Source of the DNA: Candidatus Woesearchaeota archaeon
GTDB lineage: Archaea; Nanobdellota; Nanobdellia; Pacearchaeales; GW2011-AR1
Direction of reading: 5' to 3'
NCBI GenBank assembly: GCA_964613185.1
Contig: CAZTIP010000001.1
Coordinates: 52,716-116,715, forward strand
Length of the DNA: 64,000 nucleotides
Shown: in pieces, positions 55,767 to 64,000 of the stretch
How positions within the stretch are numbered: position 1 is the first letter of the stretch
How the letters are laid out: each line of letters begins with the position of its first letter
Notes under the pieces: model-generated
Database searches by the model: none
What the model was told of the DNA's origin: nothing
The model's input: the letters and a program-made list of their open reading frames with translations, nothing else
Translations under genes and position numbers: made by a program

Positions 55767-56621
55767 CTAAAACAAAAGGGGAGTTAGGTAAACTTCCATC
55801 AGGGCAGAGATAACAAGAACAAAAACCGCAATCAAAATTAAAATCAAAGAGTCCTGGAGAATTCCCCATTGACGACCATTCCGGAGATCTTTTCGAATCA
55901 CCGCCACAGAAATAATTCCTCCTGCAAGGGCTCCAATAAAATACGCACTTATTTCAGGAATCCCATGAATCATATATCTCAGAATTCCAAAAGGTAGGTT
56001 AGAAATATTTTGTTGAGCGAAAATTCCAATCGCCGCAGCAATTACAGTTGCATTCCAAACAAGAATAAAAATCGCACCCGCACCAAATGCAAGAGAAAAT
56101 AAAATTGTAAAAATCAACACATAAATATTATTTGAAAAAATCCCCATAACAATATTTTTTCCAGTAACAGCGCCAGTCACTGAAGGAATTCCATGACTTT
56201 CTAAACAATAATCATAATTAGTGGGACTATTAATTGTACAAAAAGTCTTTATTTGAAAATTAAAATTTTGCCCCGCTTGTTCAGGTATGAGGATATACCA
56301 AAAAGAAAAACCAATAATTAATCCAATGAATAACCAAATCAAAGAACGAATTGCTTTAGAATGTTCTTTAATCAAAACACCCTCCTCACTAATTTCAACA
56401 TCTTTTCCCTCCTCTAACTTAATTAAGTAATACATAAAAGGTAAACAACAAATAACTGTAAAGACAACTAACAAAAGCCCTGAACCTTCACGAAGAACAG
56501 AATCCTTTCCAAAAACAAAAGAAACCAGTAACAAAGAAGCAGTTGCATAAAAGAGTCCAATAAAAAACATTTCCCAAGGTCTTCTCTCTGCACGTTTAGG
56601 TTTAACCAACATTTCTATCAT
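55767..56621 (-). CDS. DUF95/SpoIIM-like membrane protein.
   Basis: ...IHGIPEISAYFIGALAGG... motif. The start was moved to the internal MIEMLV. Confidence 0.5.
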   Translation of the reverse strand: MIEMLVKPKRAERRPWEMFFIGLFYATASLLLVSFVFGKDSVLREGSGLLLVVFTVICCLPFMYYLIKLEEGKDVEISEEGVLIKEHSKAIRSLIWLFIGLIIGFSFWYILIPEQAGQNFNFQIKTFCTINSPTNYDYCLESHGIPSVTGAVTGKNIVMGIFSNNIYVLIFTILFSLAFGAGAIFILVWNATVIAAAIGIFAQQNISNLPFGILRYMIHGIPEISAYFIGALAGGIISVAVIRKDLRNGRQWGILQDSLILILIAVFVLVISALMEVYLTPLLF

Positions 56622-56709
56622 CTTCTTTTTCTCCTTAACAAAATACCAAACATCTTTTTTAAATCTTATCAAACAGAAGTTATTTATATAGCCCAAAGTT
56701 AATTATTAA

Positions 56710-57516
56710 ATGAAAGGAGAGGGTAAAAAATTCGAAAAGATTTTAGAGGATATAAAATCTATAAAAATTCAAGGTGCAGAGAATATTGCAAAGGCAGGAA
56801 TTAAAGCATTTTTAATTAATCCTACCAAACAGGGTGCAAAAAAAATTATAAAAACTCGTCCAACGGAACCTTTAATGCAAAACGCAATAAAGATTTTATT
56901 AAATTCTAAAAATCCAAAAACTTCTGCAAAAAAATTCTTAAAAAATTTAGAAAAATCTCACAAGTCAATTTCAAAGAAGGGTGCGAAATTAATAAAAAAA
57001 GATATGAATGTTTATGTTCATTGCCATTCCTCGACGGTAATAGATATTTTAAAATATGCTAGAAAAAAACAAAAGAAAAATTTTGTAGTTTATACTACCG
57101 AAGTAGTTCCAATTTTACAGGGACGTTTAACTGCAAATGATTTAGCAAAATCAAAAATAAAGGTAATCATTTCTCCCGATTTAGCGGCAGAACAAGCATT
57201 AAGAAATTGCGACATATTTTTATTTGGTGCTGACGCATATACAAACGATTCTGTGGCAAATAAGCTAGGGACAAGTACACTTTGCAAACTCGCAAAAATA
57301 TACCAAATTCCGCGATATTCTTGCGGAGTTTCTTCAAAATTCACAAAAAAAATAAAGATAGAAAAGCGACCTTCAAGAGAATTATGGTTTAGAAGGAATA
57401 AAAACATTGAAATAAAAAATCCTGCTTTTGATAAAACAAATTATAAATTAATTACAGGGATTATCTCGGAATTAGGAATTTTAAAACCAAAAGATTTTTT
57501 AAAAAAATTAAAATAA
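56710..57516 (+). CDS. eIF-2B alpha/beta/delta-family protein (aIF-2BII / ribose-1,5-bisphosphate isomerase family).
   Basis: ...VYVHCHSSTVIDIL... and ...FLFGADAYTNDSVANKLGTSTLCKLAKIYQIP... match the IF-2B pattern. Confidence 0.65.
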   Translation: MKGEGKKFEKILEDIKSIKIQGAENIAKAGIKAFLINPTKQGAKKIIKTRPTEPLMQNAIKILLNSKNPKTSAKKFLKNLEKSHKSISKKGAKLIKKDMNVYVHCHSSTVIDILKYARKKQKKNFVVYTTEVVPILQGRLTANDLAKSKIKVIISPDLAAEQALRNCDIFLFGADAYTNDSVANKLGTSTLCKLAKIYQIPRYSCGVSSKFTKKIKIEKRPSRELWFRRNKNIEIKNPAFDKTNYKLITGIISELGILKPKDFLKKLK

Positions 57517-57518
57517 AC

Positions 57519-57914
57519 TTAGGCAACTTTCAAAACCTTTCTAATAAACATGCTAGAGAGGATGCTAAATCCTAAATAGTACCAAATCCATGAATCTAAA
57601 ATTGGAGAATAAACTCCTCTAAGCCAATTAAATAATAAAAGAAAGGGGATAATAGTAACAAACATAGGTTTCATAGAAGATTTAAACATCACTCCAGTAA
57701 GTTGAAGAAGTTCAGAATTTAATTCCTTTAATAAATCCGGATCCTTACAACCTTTAAGCTCTTTCTGAATTTCTTTTTGTCGAGATTTCAAGTTTTTCAT
57801 ATGTTCTTGATTAGTCAACCATTTATGTGCAAAGGTAGAAATTAAAGTAACTATGACCGAAATTCCAATCAGAGAATAAATAGGGTAAAGTTGAACAATA
57901 TTTTCTGCACTCAT
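57519..57914 (-). CDS. DUF106 (EMC3/YidC-like) membrane insertase homolog.
   Basis: 131 aa, 3 TM segments with a coiled-coil loop. Conserved position next to secY. Confidence 0.5.
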   Translation of the reverse strand: MSAENIVQLYPIYSLIGISVIVTLISTFAHKWLTNQEHMKNLKSRQKEIQKELKGCKDPDLLKELNSELLQLTGVMFKSSMKPMFVTIIPFLLLFNWLRGVYSPILDSWIWYYLGFSILSSMFIRKVLKVA

Positions 57915-57916
57915 AT

Positions 57917-59287
57917 TTATCCTCCAAAGAATCCTTTCAATGCAGGATTCATATCAACAGCGTGTTGTTGAGCGATATTTTGATATAATTGATAAAGAAT
58001 CATAATGGCTAAAAGAATTGCAGTTCCTCCAACTAATGCTCCAAGAAGATTTGCAAAAGATGCAAGAATACCAATAGCAGCACCACCCATAATTGTAAGG
58101 GGAGAAACATATCTTTTCAAAATAGATTCCAAAACCCTCTCATCTTTCCGAAAACCTGGCATACTCATTCCAGAACTTACGATTTTTTTTGCTTGACTTC
58201 TCGCATCCATTCCAGAGGTTTGAACCCAGAAGAAAGAAAACAAAATAGAGAAAATTGTATAAAATAAAACGTGGGAAAATGCTTGTAATGTATAAGGGAG
58301 TCCGACACTTCGAGTAATAATTGCATCAACCAATGGAGCAGGACTAGAGAGCCAAAATGCCAGACCAGAAATTGCTTGTCCATTTGAAAATCCTCCAAGA
58401 AACGTGGAATGTCCAAGCCAGTTTTCAATAAGGGAACCAAACAATTGTAAATTAGCAACAAGAGCAGAAACTAAAATAACCGGAATAACTCCTGCATAGA
58501 AAAATTGTAAAGGCCATTTAACTGAATGTCCACGAACTCTATCAAATGCCAGAGGGATTTCAACCTTCAAACTTTGTGCAAAAACAACAATCAAAAATAA
58601 TGCAGAGGTAACAAGAATTGGAAAAATGGCCCTTCCTGCGCCTGCCCCCTCTCCCCTTGCAACAGACATAACAAAAGACATAACAAGTCCGCTTTCTATA
58701 TTGAAGATTCCTGTTGGGTCAAGGAATCTAAATAATTGGGTGAACAATTGAAGACCGATACCTCCTGCAATGAATAAAGAAACTCCGCTTCCAAATCCCC
58801 ATTTCTGAATTACCTCATCCATAAATATTATTAAAATTCCTCCAAGACAAAGTTGGAAAATAACAAGCCCCGTAAATCCGGGTTCTGCAGCAATTCCTTT
58901 CATCAAAACATAAACCATTGCCTCAAAAAGAACAAAAGCAAAAGCAAGAAGTTTTTGCATTCCCTGAAAAAATTTCTTTCCTTCAATCGTATTGGTATCA
59001 ATATTCAAAATCTGAGCACCTTGAAGTAACTGTAAAATAATAGAAGACATTACAATTGGACCGATACCCAAAGAAATAACCGAACCAAAACTAGTACCTA
59101 AAAGAATTGCAAGAAATTCAAAACGAGAAAGAGAACCTTCGGTAATTCCAAAAAGGGGGATATGATATAAGACAAAATAAGCCACCAAAATAACTAAAGT
59201 CCATTTAAGTTTTATGTTAAAACTAACTTTCTTCTCAGTCGGTCCACGAACTTCAGGAAGATTATGTAAAATGTCTCTTAATCCCAT
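57917..59287 (-). CDS. secY: Preprotein translocase SecY.
   Basis: 456 aa, 10 TM segments. Conserved position at the end of the spc operon. Confidence 0.92.
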   Translation of the reverse strand: MGLRDILHNLPEVRGPTEKKVSFNIKLKWTLVILVAYFVLYHIPLFGITEGSLSRFEFLAILLGTSFGSVISLGIGPIVMSSIILQLLQGAQILNIDTNTIEGKKFFQGMQKLLAFAFVLFEAMVYVLMKGIAAEPGFTGLVIFQLCLGGILIIFMDEVIQKWGFGSGVSLFIAGGIGLQLFTQLFRFLDPTGIFNIESGLVMSFVMSVARGEGAGAGRAIFPILVTSALFLIVVFAQSLKVEIPLAFDRVRGHSVKWPLQFFYAGVIPVILVSALVANLQLFGSLIENWLGHSTFLGGFSNGQAISGLAFWLSSPAPLVDAIITRSVGLPYTLQAFSHVLFYTIFSILFSFFWVQTSGMDARSQAKKIVSSGMSMPGFRKDERVLESILKRYVSPLTIMGGAAIGILASFANLLGALVGGTAILLAIMILYQLYQNIAQQHAVDMNPALKGFFGG

Positions 59288-59331
59288 ATTTTATGAAGAG
59301 AGAATTGTTTTATAAAGTTTTGTAAGGTCAT

Positions 59332-59808
59332 TTATTTCTTATCGATTTTTTCTTCTTTCTTGGCCAATTGCTTAACATTCTTTTTACCTGCACCAACCAA
59401 AATAATCTTTCCACCTGCCTTTTCCATTTTTTCAATAGCTCCTTTAGTCGCACTCAAAGCGTGAATTTCGGCTTTGAATCCTTCACCCTCACCAAGAATT
59501 TTATGTTTAGAAAAATCCAATTTATCTCCAATTTTCTTGAAAAAATTATCTTTCAATGAAAACAAATTAATTTTTTCATATTTCTTAATTGCCGTTCTTC
59601 GTGAAGTTGCACCTTGTTTTCCAAAATATCTTTTTTTAGGATCGCTTTCTAAAGCAGATTGCTTTTTGTGGTCTGCACGTTTTCCTGTCCCTGCTTTTCC
59701 AAAACCACCTTTATTTCCATGACCTTTGTGTTTCTGCCTAAATCCCCAACCAACTGTTCGAGCTCCACGAATCCGGCTATTTTTTTTACGCTTATGAATC
59801 TTCACCAT
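59332..59808 (-). CDS. rpl15: Ribosomal protein uL15.
   Basis: MVKIHKRKKNSRIRGARTVGWGFRQKHKGHGNKGG... The start was moved so it does not overlap rpl30. Confidence 0.88.
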   Translation of the reverse strand: MVKIHKRKKNSRIRGARTVGWGFRQKHKGHGNKGGFGKAGTGKRADHKKQSALESDPKKRYFGKQGATSRRTAIKKYEKINLFSLKDNFFKKIGDKLDFSKHKILGEGEGFKAEIHALSATKGAIEKMEKAGGKIILVGAGKKNVKQLAKKEEKIDKK

Positions 59809-59809
59809 A

Positions 59810-60160
59810 TTATAACATTCTCCCAACTAATTTAACAATATCTTCATGTTTTCCAAGAATTCCCTTAGGCGTAGAAACTTTAGAACTTTTCTTAAATCCT
59901 CCGACAGGAGGATGTAAGTGGAAAATATTTTCCACTGTTCCAGACCGTTTATCTTTCAAATCCTTAATAAAATTTTCATCAACATTTCCGTAAGCAACCA
60001 TATGGCTAACCGATTTAACCATTCCTATTCTAATCAAATCATCACTATCAATCAAAGTAGATGCGAATTTTTTTCGAAGTTTTAATCGATTAAGAGTCTC
60101 ATTATCTTTCTTTTTATTTTTAACTTGTCCAGAAATTCGGACAACTAATATTGAACTCAT
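59810..60160 (-). CDS. rpl30: Ribosomal protein uL30.
   Basis: Pattern and operon position. Confidence 0.8.
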   Translation of the reverse strand: MSSILVVRISGQVKNKKKDNETLNRLKLRKKFASTLIDSDDLIRIGMVKSVSHMVAYGNVDENFIKDLKDKRSGTVENIFHLHPPVGGFKKSSKVSTPKGILGKHEDIVKLVGRML

Positions 60161-61038
60161 AATTTAACATCTCCTAATTTATTCAAAGCTTCCATACACG
60201 CCTTTGCAGTATTAAAAGTAGTTTTGACTTTTCCAGAACACCTACTATAAACATCATGAACTCCTGCCAAATTTAAAATTTTTTTCATCTCATCTCCGAT
60301 AACTAATCCCGTTCCCTGAGGTGCAGGCATTAGTTTTACAGTTACAGAAGAACATTTGCCAGAGGTTGCAAGAGGGATGCTGTGGTGTTCCTCGCAAGAA
60401 CAATCATAACTTGCACATCCACGATTAATCTTCATGATATTTAATTTAGCCTTTCTAAATGCTTTTTCTTTTGCTGGAAGAGTTTCAGAAGCACGGCCAT
60501 AACCAATACCAACATGACCTTGACCATCTCCAACAACTGCCATAACTCCAAAAGTCAAAACACTACCTTCTTTAGTTTTTTTCTGAGTTTGTCTAAATGC
60601 TCGTCGTTTTCCCCCACCGAATTTACCCTTTGCCTGTCCTATAAATAAAGTGTCTTTCCTCAAATGAGGGATAAGAATATCTACAATTTCTGGTTCCATG
60701 ATTTTTATTCCCATTTCAAGAACTTCATCAATATCTTTAATTTTTCTAGAATTCACATCTTTTCCAAGTTGTGTTTTGGGAATCCATGCTTCAAGTTTTT
60801 CACGTTCTTCACGAGCAAATCTTTCCTCCCTACTTTCCCGTTTATATTCTCCACGACCTTCCTCAATCTTAAAATTTTTGTCGGCGATTGCAGAAACTTT
60901 AGCATCAGCTTCCTTTTCCTTAGCATCAACTATTTTATTCATTTCCTTAAGTTGTTCTTCAGGTTTAATTTCTTCAACTTTCTCTTCAACAGGTTCTTCC
61001 ATAATTTCTTCAACAGGTTTTTTATTTTCTTCAGCCAT
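60157..61038 (-). CDS. rps5: Ribosomal protein uS5, with a ~90-aa E/K-rich N-terminal extension.
   Basis: C-terminal ...VVGDGQGHVGIGYGRASE... is the S5 core. Confidence 0.88.
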   Translation of the reverse strand: MAEENKKPVEEIMEEPVEEKVEEIKPEEQLKEMNKIVDAKEKEADAKVSAIADKNFKIEEGRGEYKRESREERFAREEREKLEAWIPKTQLGKDVNSRKIKDIDEVLEMGIKIMEPEIVDILIPHLRKDTLFIGQAKGKFGGGKRRAFRQTQKKTKEGSVLTFGVMAVVGDGQGHVGIGYGRASETLPAKEKAFRKAKLNIMKINRGCASYDCSCEEHHSIPLATSGKCSSVTVKLMPAPQGTGLVIGDEMKKILNLAGVHDVYSRCSGKVKTTFNTAKACMEALNKLGDVKL

Positions 61039-61039
61039 A

Positions 61040-61522
61040 TTATAGCGATTCTCCTACTTTTACAATAATTTCTTTTAATTCAGGGTTTAAATGTTCTCCC
61101 AATAGTCTTTCTTCTGAAGGAAAGACCTTTTCATTAGCCGAAATTTCTAGGCCTCCATCAATCAAACCCTTAACTACTGCAAAAATTCGAGACCCCTTAA
61201 GTGGACGAGTCATTCCAATATCTATAATGTAATTTCCCTTACCAATTTTTTTAGCAAGCAATTTTCCAGTCAAATAACCTGCAGGTATGGATTTCAAACT
61301 TCCTTCAAATTTCTTATTCCATCCGTTGTTCAATAAATCTTTAGAAGTGACCATCGATAAAACTCTATCTTGTGCCTCATTACTTTCAACAACCTGAACA
61401 ATATAATATTTGTTTGTTTGTCTAACTACAATTCTTGGAAGTCCAGATTTTAATAAATTCTTTCGAAGTTTATAATCCGTTTTATTTTCCCTTCTCCTAC
61501 GTTTCAATGTTCTTAATCCCAT
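61040..61522 (-). CDS. rpl18: Ribosomal protein uL18.
   Basis: MGLRTLKRRRRENKTDYKLRKNLLKSGLPRIVVRQTNKY... Confidence 0.88.
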   Translation of the reverse strand: MGLRTLKRRRRENKTDYKLRKNLLKSGLPRIVVRQTNKYYIVQVVESNEAQDRVLSMVTSKDLLNNGWNKKFEGSLKSIPAGYLTGKLLAKKIGKGNYIIDIGMTRPLKGSRIFAVVKGLIDGGLEISANEKVFPSEERLLGEHLNPELKEIIVKVGESL

Positions 61523-61523
61523 A

Positions 61524-61925
61524 TTATAATGTCTCCAAACTCTCCTTTAAATGTCTTTTACTTTTGAATTTTCTTGCACGAATCATTCTCCTAACTTCCC
61601 TATTCTTTTCCTTATCAATTTTACCAACACGAACAAGACCTCTAACAAACTTACGAAGTTTTCGAGTGATGATTACATATTCTTGTTTTCTATTATTAAC
61701 TTTCATTTTAATTTTTCCAGTTCTTCTCCGATGTTTTCTTCGAACAATTTTCTTACGGCCCTTAACTTCTCTAATTTCAATAGCGCCAGATTTATGAAGG
61801 TCTAAAATATCTTGACGAGTTATAGCTTCCTTAATCTCTTGTAAGTGAGTTTCAACAAAGATAATTCTCCCTTTTCCAACCCCTAAAACCTTCGCAGCCA
61901 ATGCTTTTTTCTTAGCCAATTGCAT
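61524..61925 (-). CDS. rpl19e: Ribosomal protein eL19.
   Basis: MQLAKKKALAAKVLGVGKGRI... Confidence 0.88.
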   Translation of the reverse strand: MQLAKKKALAAKVLGVGKGRIIFVETHLQEIKEAITRQDILDLHKSGAIEIREVKGRKKIVRRKHRRRTGKIKMKVNNRKQEYVIITRKLRKFVRGLVRVGKIDKEKNREVRRMIRARKFKSKRHLKESLETL

Positions 61926-61926
61926 T

Positions 61927-62340
61927 TTATTTTGAAACCTCCTGTATTCTTTTATATCTGTTTAATACAGAAATTTTCATTTCCTTAGCTTTAAGCAAAA
62001 TCTCTTCCTTCTTTTTCTTTCCAACCTTTCCAATAACTATCCCCATACCCTTTTTAACAGATTCCAAACCTTTCAAATTTTCAATTCTTAAAACTTCCAA
62101 TCCTTCAACCATATTTCTATTTTCTCCAGAAGAACCCCAACCAATCTTAGGTCTTTGTGTATGTCCCTTACGGTTTAATCTTAATTTATTATGTCTTCCT
62201 TTAGCCCCTTTCCATTTACGGTTTTTCTTGACAGTTCTACCTAGACGAATTTTTTTATGCCAATCATTCCTAAGAAATTTAGGTTTACTTCGCTTACCTG
62301 TTTCCTTATTTTCAGAACCCATTAGATTTCTCTCCCGCAT
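61927..62340 (-). CDS. rpl32e: Ribosomal protein eL32.
   Basis: ...KPKFLRNDWHKKIRLGRTVKKNRKWKGAKGRHNK... Confidence 0.85.
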   Translation of the reverse strand: MRERNLMGSENKETGKRSKPKFLRNDWHKKIRLGRTVKKNRKWKGAKGRHNKLRLNRKGHTQRPKIGWGSSGENRNMVEGLEVLRIENLKGLESVKKGMGIVIGKVGKKKKEEILLKAKEMKISVLNRYKRIQEVSK

Positions 62341-62867
62341 TTATTTGTAATGAAGATTCCATCCTGAAAAATTCTTCTATCCTTTCCAGTAAGCCTTGTA
62401 GCCTTCTCAATATTCGCAGCAGTTTGTCCAGCAGACTCAATATCATTTGAACTAACGGTAATCTCAGTTCCCTTGATATCTACCTTAACATTTTCAAGAA
62501 TTTTAGCATATCTCATAGTTGTTTCTCCCAAAAAAGATTTAATTGCCAATTTATTCCCTTCAAGTTTTACATTCATAGGAAAATGAACATTACAAATTTC
62601 CATTTTATAAACAAATTCATTTTCAATACCTTTAATCATGTTTTTCAAATGTGCATTAATTGTTCCCATCATCTTAGACTCTCTTCTGGTAGCTTTTTTA
62701 GAGGATAAAATTGCCTTGCCTTCTTTTGAAGTAGTTAGGGAAATTTTATGAAAATTAATTTTTTTAGATAGTTCCTTTCCATTACCTTTAACAGTCAAGA
62801 TATCTTTATTAAGATTAATTTCAATACCCTCAGGAACATCAATAATTCGTTCAATATCTAATTTCAT
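62322..62867 (-). CDS. rpl6: Ribosomal protein uL6.
   Basis: MKLDIERIIDVPEGIEINLNKDILTVKGNGKEL... The start was moved to the internal ATG, which abuts the rps8 stop. Confidence 0.88.
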   Translation of the reverse strand: MKLDIERIIDVPEGIEINLNKDILTVKGNGKELSKKINFHKISLTTSKEGKAILSSKKATRRESKMMGTINAHLKNMIKGIENEFVYKMEICNVHFPMNVKLEGNKLAIKSFLGETTMRYAKILENVKVDIKGTEITVSSNDIESAGQTAANIEKATRLTGKDRRIFQDGIFITNKCGREI

Positions 62868-62868
62868 T

Positions 62869-63246
62869 TTAATAAAAATAAGCAATTAAGCTTCCTCCAA
62901 CATTTTCTTTAAGAGCTTCTTTATGACCTAATAAACCATTATTTGTTGAAACAATCAAACTTCCCATATTTCTGGAGGGTAAGAACCTTCTAAGATACTT
63001 ATCAATTTTTCCAACACTTACATAATAACGAGGTTTAATTGCACGACATTCATTTAATCGGATAATTTTAACCTTGACTGAAAGTTCTTCTTCATTAACT
63101 TCATAATCTATATAACCTGAATTTTTCATTATTTCAAACAAATTCAAAAGAACTTTAGAGTATCTTCTAATTACAAGTTCTCTTTTCTCTACCCGTTTTG
63201 CATTCATTATTTGGTTCAACCCATCTGATATTATATCTTGACTCAT
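62869..63246 (-). CDS. rps8: Ribosomal protein uS8.
   Basis: MSQDIISDGLNQIMNAKRVEKRELVI... Confidence 0.9.
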   Translation of the reverse strand: MSQDIISDGLNQIMNAKRVEKRELVIRRYSKVLLNLFEIMKNSGYIDYEVNEEELSVKVKIIRLNECRAIKPRYYVSVGKIDKYLRRFLPSRNMGSLIVSTNNGLLGHKEALKENVGGSLIAYFY

Positions 63247-63255
63247 TTTTTACTC

Positions 63256-63495
63256 CTAACTATATTTTTTGAACCCAAGTTCAACTGCCAACTCTCTAAA
63301 ACAGTGTCGGCATAAATTTAGATTATAAGATGAAATATGTGCTCCATGTCTTCCACAAACTTCGCATTTCTTTGAAGCAACTCCAAAATCTCTAGATTTT
63401 GGTTTATTATGTTTCAAAAATTTCTTAAGCACGGCTGGCTTACTTCTCAATTGTTTTGTTATTTTTCTCCAATCACTTGCCGTCATTTTATTCAT
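63256..63495 (-). CDS. rps14: Ribosomal protein uS14, zinc-binding type. The true start may be a few codons downstream of the ORF-track start.
   Basis: ...[36 protein letters not shown]. Confidence 0.85.
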   Translation of the reverse strand: MNKMTASDWRKITKQLRSKPAVLKKFLKHNKPKSRDFGVASKKCEVCGRHGAHISSYNLNLCRHCFRELAVELGFKKYS

Positions 63496-64000
63496 TTCCT
63501 CCGTCTTCGGAATTTTCTTTTGTTTGTTTTCTTAAAATTGTTGTGCCAAAATTATTTTCAAGATAATTTTCTATTTCCTTGCGAGTAACTGTTAATCTTC
63601 GAGCCTTTCCCCTTTTAACCTTTTTCTTTTCAACTGATTTCCCTGCTCGAGAAAATACAGCTGTAACTTCAAAGCCCATAATTCCAACTTCACGGATATA
63701 TTCCATTCCTGGAATTTCAATATATTCGGGAATTCCAAAAGAGAAGAAATTATTTTGAATTTGTTTTTCTTTCAAAGTATTATCTATGGAAGGGAGTAAT
63801 TTTTTAATCATGTTAAGTGCATCTTTTCCCCGAAGAGTGACCTTTGTCCCAACTTCCAAACCTGGACGAACGCTCCATGTGGGAATTCTTTTAGTTGCCT
63901 TAACTTTAATGGCTTTTTTTTCACTAACCTTTTCAAGAAGAATAACTCCCTTGTCAAGTTTTTCTCCGGTTCCTCCAATATTAAGGACGACTCTCTCAAG
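63488..64000 (-). CDS. rpl5: Ribosomal protein uL5, partial. It continues beyond the window end.
   Basis: The ORF-track ORF 63488..63859 begins at TTG. The same frame stays open to position 64000 and reads [58 protein letters not shown]..., which is the L5 N-terminal domain. Confidence 0.88.
   Translation of the reverse strand, partial: LERVVLNIGGTGEKLDKGVILLEKVSEKKAIKVKATKRIPTWSVRPGLEVGTKVTLRGKDALNMIKKLLPSIDNTLKEKQIQNNFFSFGIPEYIEIPGMEYIREVGIMGFEVTAVFSRAGKSVEKKKVKRGKARRLTVTRKEIENYLENNFGTTILRKQTKENSEDGGNE

Noticed and set aside
60664-61068. Two + strand ORFs (134 and 115 aa) with F/S/L-rich products.
   Set aside because: They are antisense shadows of the rps5 gene in E/K-rich, A/G-poor sequence.
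63808-63999. 63-aa minus-strand [18 protein letters not shown]...
   Set aside because: It is out of frame with rpl5. The rpl5 frame is open through this region and encodes a recognisable L5 N-terminal domain, so this ORF is spurious.

Overview
This window is AT-rich archaeal chromosome, most likely from a DPANN-type archaeon with a small genome; the lineage is my inference. The archaeal assignment rests on clear hallmark genes: the PolD DP1/DP2 operon next to orc1/cdc6, RNA polymerase subunits Rpo3/D, Rpo4/F and Rpo10/N, ribosomal proteins L19e/L32e/L21e/L18e, AglB, and SecDF/SecY. The layout from start to end is:
- 1-9100: TctA-like transporter, then the minus-strand operon DP2 (polC), DP1 (polB), orc1/cdc6, ending in a ~550-bp ORF-free, extremely AT-rich region that is the best oriC candidate.
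- 9100-17500: an accessory island inserted between orc1 and a ribosomal-protein operon. It holds tRNA-Ser(CGA), three winged-helix (wHTH) regulators including two paralogous coiled-coil+wHTH proteins, an iteron-like TGTCCAAAC array, a palindromic dif-like site and a degenerate copy flanking a ~3.1-kb module, an HNH nuclease, a XerA-type tyrosine recombinase, a large-serine-recombinase remnant, and a one-gene cassette flanked by a perfect 27-bp direct repeat.
- 17500-22300: rps9-rpl13-rpl18e, tRNA-Leu, rpoD-rps11-rps4-rps13, DUF655, rpoF, rpl21e.
- 22400-30300: a cell-surface module with a CARDB protein, two FtsX permeases, an ABC ATPase, and a LamG adhesin interrupted by an in-frame TAG.
- 30300-33300: rpoN, a stand-alone 5S rRNA, an HExxH metalloprotease, and a tRNA cluster (Arg-CCT, Leu-CAA, Gly-TCC). 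The cluster includes a second copy of a ~290-bp tRNA-Leu segmental duplication and tandem structured repeats.
- 33400-55700: SecF/SecD, then a ~19-kb protein-glycosylation (agl) island: Wzx flippase, a GDP-mannose 3,5-epimerase homolog, GDP-mannose 4,6-dehydratase, WecG/TagA-family and GT4 glycosyltransferases, AsnB, methyltransferases, AglB and an AglH-like GlcNAc-1-P transferase.
- 55700-64000: an eIF-2B-family protein, a DUF106 insertase, SecY, and the spc-type ribosomal operon (L15, L30, S5, L18, L19e, L32e, L6, S8, S14, L5, the last partial).
No CRISPR array and no 16S/23S rRNA genes are present in the window.
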